Source: an uncultured Chloroflexia bacterium
Lineage (GTDB): Bacteria > Chloroflexota > Anaerolineae > CG2-30-64-16
DNA length: 64,000 nt
Assembly: GCA_963810095.1 (NCBI GenBank)
Contig: CAWEMM010000006.1
Coordinates: 864,001 to 928,000, forward strand
Direction of reading: 5' to 3'
Shown here: piece after piece, positions 44,157-53,600 of the stretch
Layout: each line of letters begins with the position of its first letter
Numbering within the stretch: the stretch's first letter is position 1
Notes under the pieces: generated by a model
The model's input: the letters and a program-made list of their open reading frames with translations, nothing else
What the model was told of the DNA's origin: nothing
Database searches by the model: none
Position numbers and translations under genes: made by a program

Positions 44157-45365
44157 GTGACGGCGCCCCCGTCTCCCTCATGCCGTGCCGTGCAGCGCCC
44201 TTCGTTCTGGCGAAGTCCCCGCGCAAGCGAAGAGCAGCAGCGGGTGCGCGAGCTGGCGGCGCTCTTTGCCGTCTCAGCGGCCATCAACCAGTCCCTGACA
44301 GAGACCGACGCACTCGCCGCCGCACTGCGGAGGTGCTCCAGGTGCTCTGCCTCGACAGCGGCCGCATCTATCTGCTCAACGAGGCCACGGGCGAGTACAG
44401 CCTGGCTACCCAAGCCGGCGACCCCGCCTTGCTCGACCCTGCCAGAGCGACATGGTGCCCGGCGAGTGCCTGTGCGGGTTTGTCGGCTACACGCCCGCGC
44501 CGACTGGCAGGGCGGAGATCATCACGCTCGATCCCGCAAGTCGTCCGCGAGGGCTGCCACCGCCATAGTCGCCTCAGCGCCTGCGCGGCCGTGCCGCTGC
44601 TGGCGCGCGACCGGACGCTGGGCGTGCTCCACGTCGGCAGCCAGGACCACGAGGCGCTGGCCGAGCCGGAGATGGCGCTGCTGCGGTCAGTAGGCATGCA
44701 AATCGGCTTCGCGCTGGAGAACCTGCGGCTGCGTGAAGAGGCCCGGCGAGCCGATGCGCTGGCCGCCTTGGTGCAGGAGATGCACCACCGCATCAAGAAC
44801 AACCTGCAGACCGTGGCCGACCTGCTCAGCCTCGAGATGTCGGCCAGCCCATCGCCCGTCGCCCGCAAGAGCCTGCGCGACAGCGTGGGGCGGATCAAGA
44901 GCATCGCCGCCGTGCATGAGCTGCTGTCGCTCGAGCAGCTCCGCCTGACCGACATCACTACGTTGGCGCGGCAGGTGTGCGATATCTCGCTCAAGCATTT
45001 CGTGCGTCCCGACCGGCGCATCGCGGCCGAGATCGCCGGGACCTCCGATTTACCTGCCGTCGAAACAGGCCACTGCGCTCGCGCTGATCATCAACGAGCT
45101 GGTGTCCAACGCGCTCGAACACGCCTTCCCAATCGGCTACCATCCTTGCCACTTGCAGATCGAGCTCAGCCAGGATGGCCACAAGGTCACATTGACCATT
45201 GCCGACAGCGGCCGCGGCTTGCCGCCGGACTTCGATCTCGCGACTGCAAAGGGCCTGGGCCTGCGCATTGCGCGGACCCTCGCCGAAAAGGACCTTGCCG
45301 GCTCCCTGCGCCTCGAAGCCCAGGAAGCCGGGGGGACGATTGCCACGGTGACCTTTTACCAGTAG
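44157..45365 (+). CDS. Cytoplasmic GAF-HisKA_2 sensor kinase (PdtaS/EutW-like); several frameshifts, start uncertain
   Basis: RELAALFAVSAAINQSL, AVPLLARDRTLGVL, EMHHRIKNNLQ, RIKSIAAVHELL, NELVSNALEHAF, DSGRGLP, GLGL. Confidence 0.85.
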
Positions 45366-45374
45366 GCCCATCAG

Positions 45375-45972
45375 ATGACGCGTCAACTCGTGCCGAGTCC
45401 TTGCGGGTCTTGATCGCCGACGACGAAAGCATCCGCTTGCTGAGCCTGGGCAGCCAGCTGACCGGCGCTGGGGCATCGCGTCGTGGCCGAGGCGACACGC
45501 GGCGACGAGGCGGTGCGGCTGGCGGTCGAGAAGCAGCCCGATCTCGCCATCCTGGATATCAAGATGCCCGTGATGGACGGCATCGAGGCGGCGGAGCGCA
45601 TCACCCAGGCCCGCCCCATCCCCATCATCCTCCTGACGGCCTACAGCGAGGCCCAGCTTGTCGAGCGGGCCGCCCGCGCCAATATCTCCGCCTACCTGAT
45701 GAAACCGGTCGCTGAAGACGACCTGCACCCGGCGATCACGCTGGCCCTGACGCGCTTCAAGGAGTTCGAGTCGCTGCGGCGGGAGGTGGCCGACCTGCCG
45801 CGAGGCGCTGGAGGCGCGCAAAGTGGTGGAGAAGGCAAAGGGCATTCTGATGCGGCGGTTGGACCTGAGCGAGGAAGAGGCGTTCAAGCGCCTGCAGAAG
45901 CAAAGCCAGGATTCGAACCGGCGGCTGTCGGAAGTTGCCGAAGCAATCGTGATGGCGGATCGCATGTTCTGA
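45375..45972 (+). CDS. ANTAR-domain response regulator (PdtaR/EutV-like); frameshifted, start approximate
   Basis: RVLIADDE, PDLAILDIKMP, LLTAYS, YLMKP; ANTAR segment RKVVEKAKGILM..LSEEEAFKRLQKQSQD to TGA at 45970-45972. Confidence 0.9.
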
Positions 45973-45979
45973 GAAAGCC

Positions 45980-48116
45980 CTACTTCGCTGGAAGCACCAA
46001 CTCGGCACGCGCGCCCGCGGGCGCACCTGTCACGCTCAGCGACCCTCCCGCAATCGCCATCAGGGCGGTATGCAGCTCGAGCCCGTGTCCCGGCGCCGCA
46101 CGCCCGTCCCAGCCACTGCCGTTGTCTTCTATTACCACACGAATCGCGTCGTCCTGCAGGGCCGCGCTCACCTTCAGGCTCGGCCGTCCGCCCGACTGGG
46201 GCCGGGCGTGCCGTGCGGCGTTGCGCACGAGCTCCCGTCCGGCGAAATAGAGCGTCTCCGCCTTGAGGGGCGGGAGACCGGCCGCGGCCCGCTCTGCCTC
46301 AGTGTCTACCTCCCACGTCACCGACTCGAACGCGTTGCCAAACTCACCCTCGACCGCCTTGCGCAGCGCGGCCAAGGCACCCAGCCGCGCCACGTCGGGC
46401 GTGGTGGCGGCCGGGAGATCGCGCAACAGGGCGGAGACCTGGCGGTGCGCATCCGCCAAGCGCTCGAGCGCGTTCGCCCGGTCGGGCAACCCGTCCTTCT
46501 GCCCGCCGCCGGCAACCGCCAACATCGCGGTGTGGATGAGCGGCAGCACCTCGTCGTGCAGCACCCGCCGCGTCCGCTGGTCCAGCAGTTGTGTCTGGAC
46601 CATCTGCTCGCGCTGAAGCGTCATCAGCCGCCGGGAGAGGGCCAGGCTTGCGGCCGTGTCGACGAGACGCTCGCCGGCAGCGCGGGCGATTTCCAGTTCC
46701 TCTTCGCTGTAGAGCCGGCCATCGGCCGCAGCGCCCAGCAACAGCACCCCGATCAGCCCGCGTTCGCTCCATAGTGGGACGGCCCAGCTTGCGCCCCCAT
46801 ATTCCTGGGGGTTGATTGCGGCGGCCAGTTGGCCGGATGTGATCGCGCCGGAACGCCATGCCGCGGCCGGCAATGCCGCGCCGGGCGGGTAGACCAGAGG
46901 CAGGACAAAAGACGCCAGCGGACCCATGGGAAGCAGGTAGGCCAGGGGCGCCCCGAGAACATCCTGGCAGAGCGCGGCCAGAGGGTCCGCCTTGACAGGC
47001 TCCGCCGGCGCGCCGCTCTCGCCTGTCAGGCGTTCATACCAGCCTTCGCTTGTGACCACGGGCCGCAACTGCCGCATGGCCTGGCGCCACTCGACCCACG
47101 AGCGCCAGCCGAGCAGCGCAAAGAACAGCGTCATGAGCACGGCCGTCAGCAGCACGGCGTAGACAGGTTCGAGGCCCAGCACCAGCGCGCCGCCGAGGAG
47201 CACACCATAGCCTGCCGCGAGCACGATCGCCTGCACCCAGTGCCGCGCCAGCCCGCGGCGGGGCAACGCCTGGCCTGTGAACAGCTCGTAGCGCGTCATC
47301 GCCTGCCCGAGCAGGACGGCAACCGTGCTGATAAGCACCGCGATCACGAAGTCGAAGGCCGCGAGAACGCTGACGTCGTCGGTGCGCAGGACGTAATACT
47401 CGCCCTCACGCGTGTTCGTGATCGTCCAGACAACCGCGACGGCGACCAGGATGCTCACCAGCAGCAGGACCAGGCTGGCTGCGATCAGTTGGCGGCGCGA
47501 GCGGCGAAACGACACATGCGGGGGGTTGCTGCGGGCCCCGGCGATCTCCGTCCGCAGCGCGCCAACCGAGAAGCCGACACAAAGCATGACGTAGACCGGA
47601 TAGGCCACCGCGACGAGCGGGATGCCAAAGACCGGCGCCTTGATCAGCTGGCGCAAGGGCCAGACAAACGGCGTCAGGCTGTTAATGCGCGGGATAAAGG
47701 GGATCCCCAGCAGGACCAGGGAGATGAAGCCGAGAACCAGGATGACGCACAGGAGCAGCACCCAGGGCCGGTGACGCCGGCGCAGGTCCCATCCGTTTTC
47801 AGCCCAATAACCCGCGTTGAGCAGAGAGGACGACATACCAGATGAAGGGCAGGATGAGGACCGGTAGCATGGCGACGGCCAGCCACAGCGTGTTGCTGCG
47901 CGTGACCTCCCAGGAATTGCTCAGCAGGAGGGCAGAGTGGGCGATGAAGAAAAGTGCGCCTAACAGGAAGCCACCCCCGGCCAGCCACGCGCCTGGATCG
48001 CGGCGGTTCGCGTGGAGGAGCAGGGTCAGGCCGAGCCAGAGCAGGAGCACGGTGTTGAACAGCGAGACGGCGACCAACGCCCACGCCCGCAGCGTCTCCC
48101 CGTTCAGGCTGCCCAC
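45980..48116 (-). CDS. Multi-TM sensor histidine kinase (HisKA_3-like); frameshift near 47825
   Basis: Many TM helices across ORFs 47799-48140 and 45980-47836; RRVLHDEVL, ELVRNAARHA, EDNGSG, GHGL. Confidence 0.8.
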
Positions 48117-48877
48117 GGCACCCCCGTCCACGGGGCCCACTCGTCGCGGTCGTCCAGCGCATACGCGACGCCTTCGTCATCCCACCGCATCAGGCGGCCG
48201 CTCATGGCAATGATCGACGCCCGCGTGCGCGCCACTTTCTCGTCCGTTGAAGTGCGGCTCAAATCCCACGCGGCATAGATCTGCCCCGCCACCCGGCTGA
48301 TCGTGCGTTTGTCACGGAAACCCATGCGTGCCGCGATTTGCTCGTTGGTCAGTCCCTGCGCCAGCAGCCGGGCCACCTGCTGCTCGTTAGGCTCGAGCAG
48401 GACGAACGGGTCATGCCGGTCGCGGCGCCGCACTTCCTGCACGCGGTTGGCGATGTCGGGGTCGATGAAGCTGCGACCTGCCATTGCGTCGCGCAGGAGC
48501 GGAATCAGCATGGACGGCAGCAGGTAGTTCGACTTGCGAACGTAGGCGAAGTGGGTCAGGATGCCGGCCCGGAGGAAGTCGCGGTAGTACGCGTCGTCGT
48601 CCTGGATGGAGTAGAAGACGACCGGCATGCGGGGGAACTCCCGGCGGATCGCCACGGCTGCCTCGATGCCGTTCATGGGACCGGCCAGCTGGACGTCCAT
48701 CAGGATCGCGCCGGGCGGTAGCGCATTCGATGCGTCTGCCAGGCACGCTTCGAGCGCGGCCTCCCCCGTGTCGCAGGCTCCCACCACGCGCACGGCGCCC
48801 GTCGCGTTGAACCCTTCCGCCAATGCGGGGCGCAAGCGCAGGTTATCTTCGACGATGAGCAGGCTAATCAGGTCCAT
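48104..48877 (-). CDS. NarL/LuxR-type response regulator
   Basis: LLIVED, ILMDVQL; HTH LLAQGLTNEQIAARMG. Confidence 0.88.
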   Translation of the reverse strand: MDLISLLIVEDNLRLRPALAEGFNATGAVRVVGACDTGEAALEACLADASNALPPGAILMDVQLAGPMNGIEAAVAIRREFPRMPVVFYSIQDDDAYYRDFLRAGILTHFAYVRKSNYLLPSMLIPLLRDAMAGRSFIDPDIANRVQEVRRRDRHDPFVLLEPNEQQVARLLAQGLTNEQIAARMGFRDKRTISRVAGQIYAAWDLSRTSTDEKVARTRASIIAMSGRLMRWDDEGVAYALDDRDEWAPWTGVPWAA

Positions 48878-49016
48878 CGAGTGACATTATCAGCGCGTCT
48901 TCCCAGCCGTCAAGCACCTGAGTGTGCGCCGTGCGTGCCCCACGCCGTTGCGGCAGGCGATGGGGCAGCGCGATGCTGAGGTAAGGTGTCACCCGAATCA
49001 ACCTGGAGGTAACCGC

Positions 49017-50573
49017 ATGCCTGTCCGTTATCCCATCCGTATCGTCGTCGCCGGCGTCGGGCTTGGCCTCGCCTTCGACCGGCTGGTCGTGAACCACGAG
49101 TTAGGACTGGGCTTCACGCTGTTCGTCCTGCTGGTGGTCGGCGCGCTCGCGCTGACCGTTGCATGGGAACGCGCCGCTCCCGAACGGTTGGCCCCGCTGC
49201 GCCAAAATCTGTGGGTTCTCGTACCGCTCATCTTCTTCGCCGTGATGGTCGCCGCCCGTTCGAACGAGTTCATCACGTTCCTTAACATCGTCGCGGTGCT
49301 CATCCTGCTGTGCGTGGTCGCCATCTACCTCTTGCGCCGGCCGCTGACCGCGGTCAATCTGCCCGGCTATGCCCTGGCGCCGCTGCTCGCCCCCATCATG
49401 GCCGCCTGGCGTGGGGCACAGACGGGCCAGCACGCGGGTGTCACCGTCGCGAGCGCGTGGCGGGGAGAGCGCCGCAGCGCCTGGACGCCTATCGCCCGGG
49501 GCATCCTCCTGGCCTGCCCGGTAGTCGTCATCTTCGCGCTCCTGCTTTCGTCGGCCGACCTCATGTTCGCCGAAGTTCTCCACCGCATCCTGCCGGTCGA
49601 CATCCTTACGTTTGTACAGGACCTTATCGCCCACGGCGTCGTCACGCTTGCCGTGGGTTTCCTGATGCTGGGCGGCCTGGCGTACACAGTGTGGCGCACG
49701 CAGACCGCACGCGAACCGGACGCGGTGTTGAACGATCTGTCCGTGCCGCCCGTGCTCGGGCTGACCGAGGCAGCCGTGGTGCTGGCCGCGGTCAACGTAC
49801 TCTTCGCGGCCTTCGTCCTGATCCAGATTCCCTACCTGTTCGGCGGGCAGCTCAACATCGACCTCGGCCGCACGACTTATGCAGAATACGCCCGCCGCGG
49901 GTTCGGCGAGCTCGTCTTCACCTCCGTGCTGGTTCTTGGGATGCTCCTCGTTCTCGGCGTCCTCGCACGCCGCGAGACCCCTCGCCAGCGGGTCGTCTTC
50001 AATGTCCTCTGTACGATCACCGTGGGGCTGACCCTGGTCATGCTGGTCTCGGCGTTCAAGCGCCTGCTGCTGTACGAGGTCGCCTACGGATTTACCGAGA
50101 TGCGAGTTTATCCGCATGTTTTCATGATCTGGCTCGGGCTCCTGCTCGGTTGGTTCCTCGTGACCCTGTGGCTCAAACCCGGACGGTTCGCCGTGGGCCT
50201 CGTCGTCGCCTGCATCGGGTTTCTCGTCACGCTGAACGTGCTCAACGTGGACGACTTCATCGTCCGCGAAAACGTCCGGCGTTATACAGAGCAGGGCGCG
50301 GCGGCGTTTTCGTCCGACGGTCCGGGCTACCGGTCGGCCGACGAGCGCATCGATCCCGAGTATCTCACCCGCCTGTCAGACGACGCGATTCCCGCGCTGG
50401 CCCAAAATGTAGCTCGGCTCGAAGGCGCGCCGCGGCAGACCATTACAAAGTACCTGCAGGAGCGGTATGATTGGTATGTCAAGGAGGATCGAACGACCGG
50501 CGCGCAAGGATACAACCTGGCGCGGGGCAACGCCCGGCGAGCTGTGATCCTGTGGCACGATTCACCAAGGTAG
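49017..50573 (+). CDS. DUF4153/DUF4173 membrane protein
   Basis: Multi-TM; LLSSAD..F, TYAEYARRGFGEL, RLLLYEVAYGFT..R, YLTRLSDDAIP; RBS GGAGG. Confidence 0.88.
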   Translation: MPVRYPIRIVVAGVGLGLAFDRLVVNHELGLGFTLFVLLVVGALALTVAWERAAPERLAPLRQNLWVLVPLIFFAVMVAARSNEFITFLNIVAVLILLCVVAIYLLRRPLTAVNLPGYALAPLLAPIMAAWRGAQTGQHAGVTVASAWRGERRSAWTPIARGILLACPVVVIFALLLSSADLMFAEVLHRILPVDILTFVQDLIAHGVVTLAVGFLMLGGLAYTVWRTQTAREPDAVLNDLSVPPVLGLTEAAVVLAAVNVLFAAFVLIQIPYLFGGQLNIDLGRTTYAEYARRGFGELVFTSVLVLGMLLVLGVLARRETPRQRVVFNVLCTITVGLTLVMLVSAFKRLLLYEVAYGFTEMRVYPHVFMIWLGLLLGWFLVTLWLKPGRFAVGLVVACIGFLVTLNVLNVDDFIVRENVRRYTEQGAAAFSSDGPGYRSADERIDPEYLTRLSDDAIPALAQNVARLEGAPRQTITKYLQERYDWYVKEDRTTGAQGYNLARGNARRAVILWHDSPR

Positions 50574-50606
50574 CGCGATCTTGTGAATTTCGCCCCACCC
50601 TGGTAC

Positions 50607-50648
50607 ATGACACGCGTCATATTTGTCTCTTCCTAACTGCGCGACGAT
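50607..50648 (+). promoter_or_regulatory. Candidate promoter P1: ATGAC-N4-GTCAT box with weak -10
   Basis: ATGACACGCGTCAT at 50607-50620; GACGAT at 50643-50648 lies at the same offset as the -10 elements of the two sister boxes. Confidence 0.45.
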
Positions 50649-50662
50649 GACGCTGATAGCAC

Positions 50663-50744
50663 GCAGGCTGACGGTGGCCTGCCCCCCATGTCCAGGTGAC
50701 GATGCGCCTGGCCCGTGTTACACGCGGGCCGGGCGCTTTATTTT
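50663..50744 (+). promoter_or_regulatory. Twin hexaloop hairpins overlapping an intrinsic terminator (ANTAR-type attenuator candidate)
   Basis: GCAGGCT-GACGGT-GGCCTGC; 9 nt; CCAGGTG-ACGATG-CGCCTGG; 15-bp terminator stem 50704-50736 plus TTTATTTT. Confidence 0.65.
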
Positions 50745-50762
50745 CGGGCGGCATGCCCGGTC

Positions 50763-50829
50763 CGTGATCTTTTTCACGAAAAATGATAAGCGTCATAGTA
50801 GAAACCCTGACTGCGTGCTTTAATGCACG
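50763..50829 (+). promoter_or_regulatory. Candidate promoter P2 of the CODH/ACS cluster with two Rex/CRP-like palindromes
   Basis: CGTGA-N6-TCACG at 50763-50778; ATGATAAGCGTCAT at 50783-50796; TGC-TTTAAT extended -10 inside CGTGC-N6-GCACG at 50814-50829. Confidence 0.6.
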
Positions 50830-50928
50830 ATGTTGCTCGCCAGCCATCCTGTGCAGCGCGAACGCAGTTCCCAGGGGAACCGGGTTCGGAGGCGGACTTC
50901 GGTTCGCACGTCTCAGGCGGAATCTACC

Positions 50929-51261
50929 GTGAAAACTTGTTGGGAAATCAGGCAGGAGCTTCTCGCCAACGCAGCCGGCACCGTACGGTTGCGCGGCGAC
51001 GCGCTCAACGGCTGGAGCCTGGCCTGCTCCGAGTGCACCGTGCCGCTTGACGCCGCCCTCGAAGGCGGTCGTTCGTGCTGGGAACAATGCGCGGGCAGCC
51101 CGTGCTGCTGCGCGCCTCTGCACGTCACCTGCGACTTCTGTGAAATCTACCTGGAACACCGGCGCGAACTCGCCGGCCTTTCTCGCGATGTGCGGGAGCT
51201 TGACGCTCCCGCCGCACTCCCACTTGTAAATGAGCCCCAACCGCAAGGAGGTACGCCCATC
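50929..51261 (+). CDS. Cys-rich region with two CW motifs, in frame with the downstream HMA-like gene (fusion, or a separate gene whose stop was lost)
   Basis: KTCWEIR...CSEC...RSCWEQCAGSPCCC...CDFCEIY. Confidence 0.5.
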
Positions 51262-51591
51262 ATGGAAAAAGTTCAGTTTAACCTGCCCAACCTGTGGGCC
51301 GACCATCACACCCTGAAGGTGCGAGAAGTCCTGACCCAGCTCCCTGGCGTCACCGACATCGTTGCCAGCTCCGCCTTCCGCATGGTCGCCATGTCCTATG
51401 ACCCGGCCCTCACCAACGCCGAGGCCATCAGCCAGGTTCTCGCCGCCGCGGGTTATCCCGTCGCGGAAGAAGGCCAGGGCTTGATGACTCTGCCCGTGCC
51501 GGTGCAGGATGGCCGCCGCGATCCCGCGTGGAATCGACTCGGCATGCGCCAGTTCAAGACTGACGAGCGGGATCTAAAGACGAAGCGATAA
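51262..51591 (+). CDS. HMA-like small protein with DHH in place of CxxC
   Basis: Strong RBS AAGGAGG before ATG 51262; FNLPNLWADHHTLKVREVLTQLPGV...YDP...LAAAGY follows the HMA pattern. Confidence 0.75.
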   Translation: MEKVQFNLPNLWADHHTLKVREVLTQLPGVTDIVASSAFRMVAMSYDPALTNAEAISQVLAAAGYPVAEEGQGLMTLPVPVQDGRRDPAWNRLGMRQFKTDERDLKTKR

Positions 51592-51603
51592 GGAGCAGCA
51601 CTC

Positions 51604-53586
51604 ATGGCAAAGGTAACCATCGTTCCGAGCATTGACCCCGCGGCGTGCAATATCCTCGAATGGGCCGACAGCGCCGGGATTTCGACCTCTTTCAGCCGCG
51701 CGGCCGACTTCAAGCCTTGCACGATCGGCAACGGCCAGTCTGGCATCTGCTGCAAGAACTGCTACATGGGCCCCTGCCGCCTTACCAAGGACGGCCAGGT
51801 GGGCATCTGCGGCGCGACGGTCGACACGATCGCGGCACGCAACCTGGCGCGCGCGATTGCCGCCGGCTCGGCCGCCCACTCGGACCACGGCCGCGACCTG
51901 GCGTTCACGCTGCAAGCAGTCGGGTTGGGCGAAGCCCAGGGCTACGAAATCCGCGACGAGGCGAAGCTGTACGCAGTGGCCGCCAAGCACGGCATCCCGA
52001 CCAAGGGTCGCTCGGTCAAGGAAGTGGCGCTCGACATCGCCAATAAGTCGATCGCCGAGTTCGGCCAGCAGCGCGGTCAGCTGAGCTACCTCTCTCAGGC
52101 GCCGGCCAAGCGCCAGGCGATCTGGAAGAAAGAGGGCGTGGCGCCTCGCGGCATCGACCGCGAAGTCGTGGAAATCCTCCACCGCACGCACATGGGCGAC
52201 GATCAGGACGCGGGCCACATTCTGCAAGCGTCCATCCGCACCTCGCTATCCGACGGATGGGGCGGCTCCATGTGGGCCACCGACATCTCTGACATCCTCT
52301 TCGGCACCCCCAGCCCCAAGGTGGGCGAGGTCAACCTGGGCTGCCTCGAAGAAAAGCAGGTCAACATCATCGTCCACGGCCACGAGCCGACCCTCTCCGA
52401 GATGATCGTGACCGCCGTTCAGGACCCCGAACTGATCGCCTACGCCAAGAGCAGGGGCGCCGAAGGCATCAACCTGGCGGGCATCTGCTGCACGTCGAAC
52501 GAAGTGATGATGCGCCAGGGCATCGCGTCGGCCGGGAACTTCCTGAACCAGGAGCTCGCAATCCTGACGGGCGCCATCGAAGCGATGGTGGTGGACGTTC
52601 AGTGCATCATGCAGTCCCTCGTGGGGGTTGCCGACCACTTCCATACCGAGATCATCACCACCAGCCCCAAGGTGAAGATGACGGGCGCGACCCACATCGA
52701 GTTTGACGAGCACCACGCCCTCGACATCGCCAAGGACATTGTGAAGCGCGCGTGCGACAACTACGCGAACCGCGGCGAGACTCGCATCCCCAAGTCGAGC
52801 GCGCAAGCCGTCGTTCCCGGCTTCAGCCACGAATATCTGAACTACATGCTCGGCGGCATGTATCGCCAGTCCTTCCGGCCGCTCAATGAGGCAATCGCGA
52901 CGGGCCGCCTGCGCGGTGTCGCGGCCGACGTGGGCTGCAACAACCCCGGCCTGACCCAGGACAAGGCGCACATGGAGGTCATCACCGAGCTCCTGAAGAA
53001 CGACGTCCTGGTCGTCGCCACGGGCTGCGGCGCGCTTGCGGCCGGCAAATACGGCTACCTCCTCGGCGAGGCGGGTCTCGATCGGGTGGGCCCCGGCCTG
53101 CGCGAAATCTGCGAAACCATCGGCATCCCGCCCGTGCTGCACCTCGGCTCCTGCGTCGACAACAGCCGCATCTTGACGGTTCTTTCGCAGATGGCGACTG
53201 AAGGCGGCCTGGGCGACGACATCAGCGACATCCCGGCCGTCGGCCTGGCGCCCGAGTGGATGAGCGAGAAGGCGCTGGCCATCGCGGCCTACTGCGCCGG
53301 CTCTGGGGCGTATGTCATGATGGGCGTCCGCAACCCCGTGGACTTCTCGGACGGCGTCACCGAAATCCTGTCGAAGGACTGGGAAGAGCGCTACGGCGGC
53401 AAGCTGGAGTTCGTGGTCGAGCCCGCTGAGATCGTCCGCCGGACGCTGGAGCACATCGACAAGAAACGCGCTGCGCTCAAGCTGCCCGCCTACGATCCGA
53501 CCCGCTTCGGCGCCTCTGGCGACCAGGCGATGGAGACCTATCTCGAGCTGCCCGTCGAAGAGCAGATGTCGGAGATCTACGGATAA
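51604..53586 (+). CDS. cooS: Anaerobic Ni-dependent CO dehydrogenase catalytic subunit
   Basis: GICCKNCYMGPC, AAHSDHGR, VHGHEP, GICCT, DVQCI, GCNN, TGC, GSCVDNSR, PEWMSEKA. Confidence 0.97.
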   Translation: MAKVTIVPSIDPAACNILEWADSAGISTSFSRAADFKPCTIGNGQSGICCKNCYMGPCRLTKDGQVGICGATVDTIAARNLARAIAAGSAAHSDHGRDLAFTLQAVGLGEAQGYEIRDEAKLYAVAAKHGIPTKGRSVKEVALDIANKSIAEFGQQRGQLSYLSQAPAKRQAIWKKEGVAPRGIDREVVEILHRTHMGDDQDAGHILQASIRTSLSDGWGGSMWATDISDILFGTPSPKVGEVNLGCLEEKQVNIIVHGHEPTLSEMIVTAVQDPELIAYAKSRGAEGINLAGICCTSNEVMMRQGIASAGNFLNQELAILTGAIEAMVVDVQCIMQSLVGVADHFHTEIITTSPKVKMTGATHIEFDEHHALDIAKDIVKRACDNYANRGETRIPKSSAQAVVPGFSHEYLNYMLGGMYRQSFRPLNEAIATGRLRGVAADVGCNNPGLTQDKAHMEVITELLKNDVLVVATGCGALAAGKYGYLLGEAGLDRVGPGLREICETIGIPPVLHLGSCVDNSRILTVLSQMATEGGLGDDISDIPAVGLAPEWMSEKALAIAAYCAGSGAYVMMGVRNPVDFSDGVTEILSKDWEERYGGKLEFVVEPAEIVRRTLEHIDKKRAALKLPAYDPTRFGASGDQAMETYLELPVEEQMSEIYG

Positions 53587-53600
53587 GGGAGAGTAAATAC

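Noticed and set aside
50641-50653. Third ANTAR hairpin (GCG-ACGATGA-CGC)
   Set aside because: Only a 3-bp stem with a 7-nt loop; its position fits a -10 element better.
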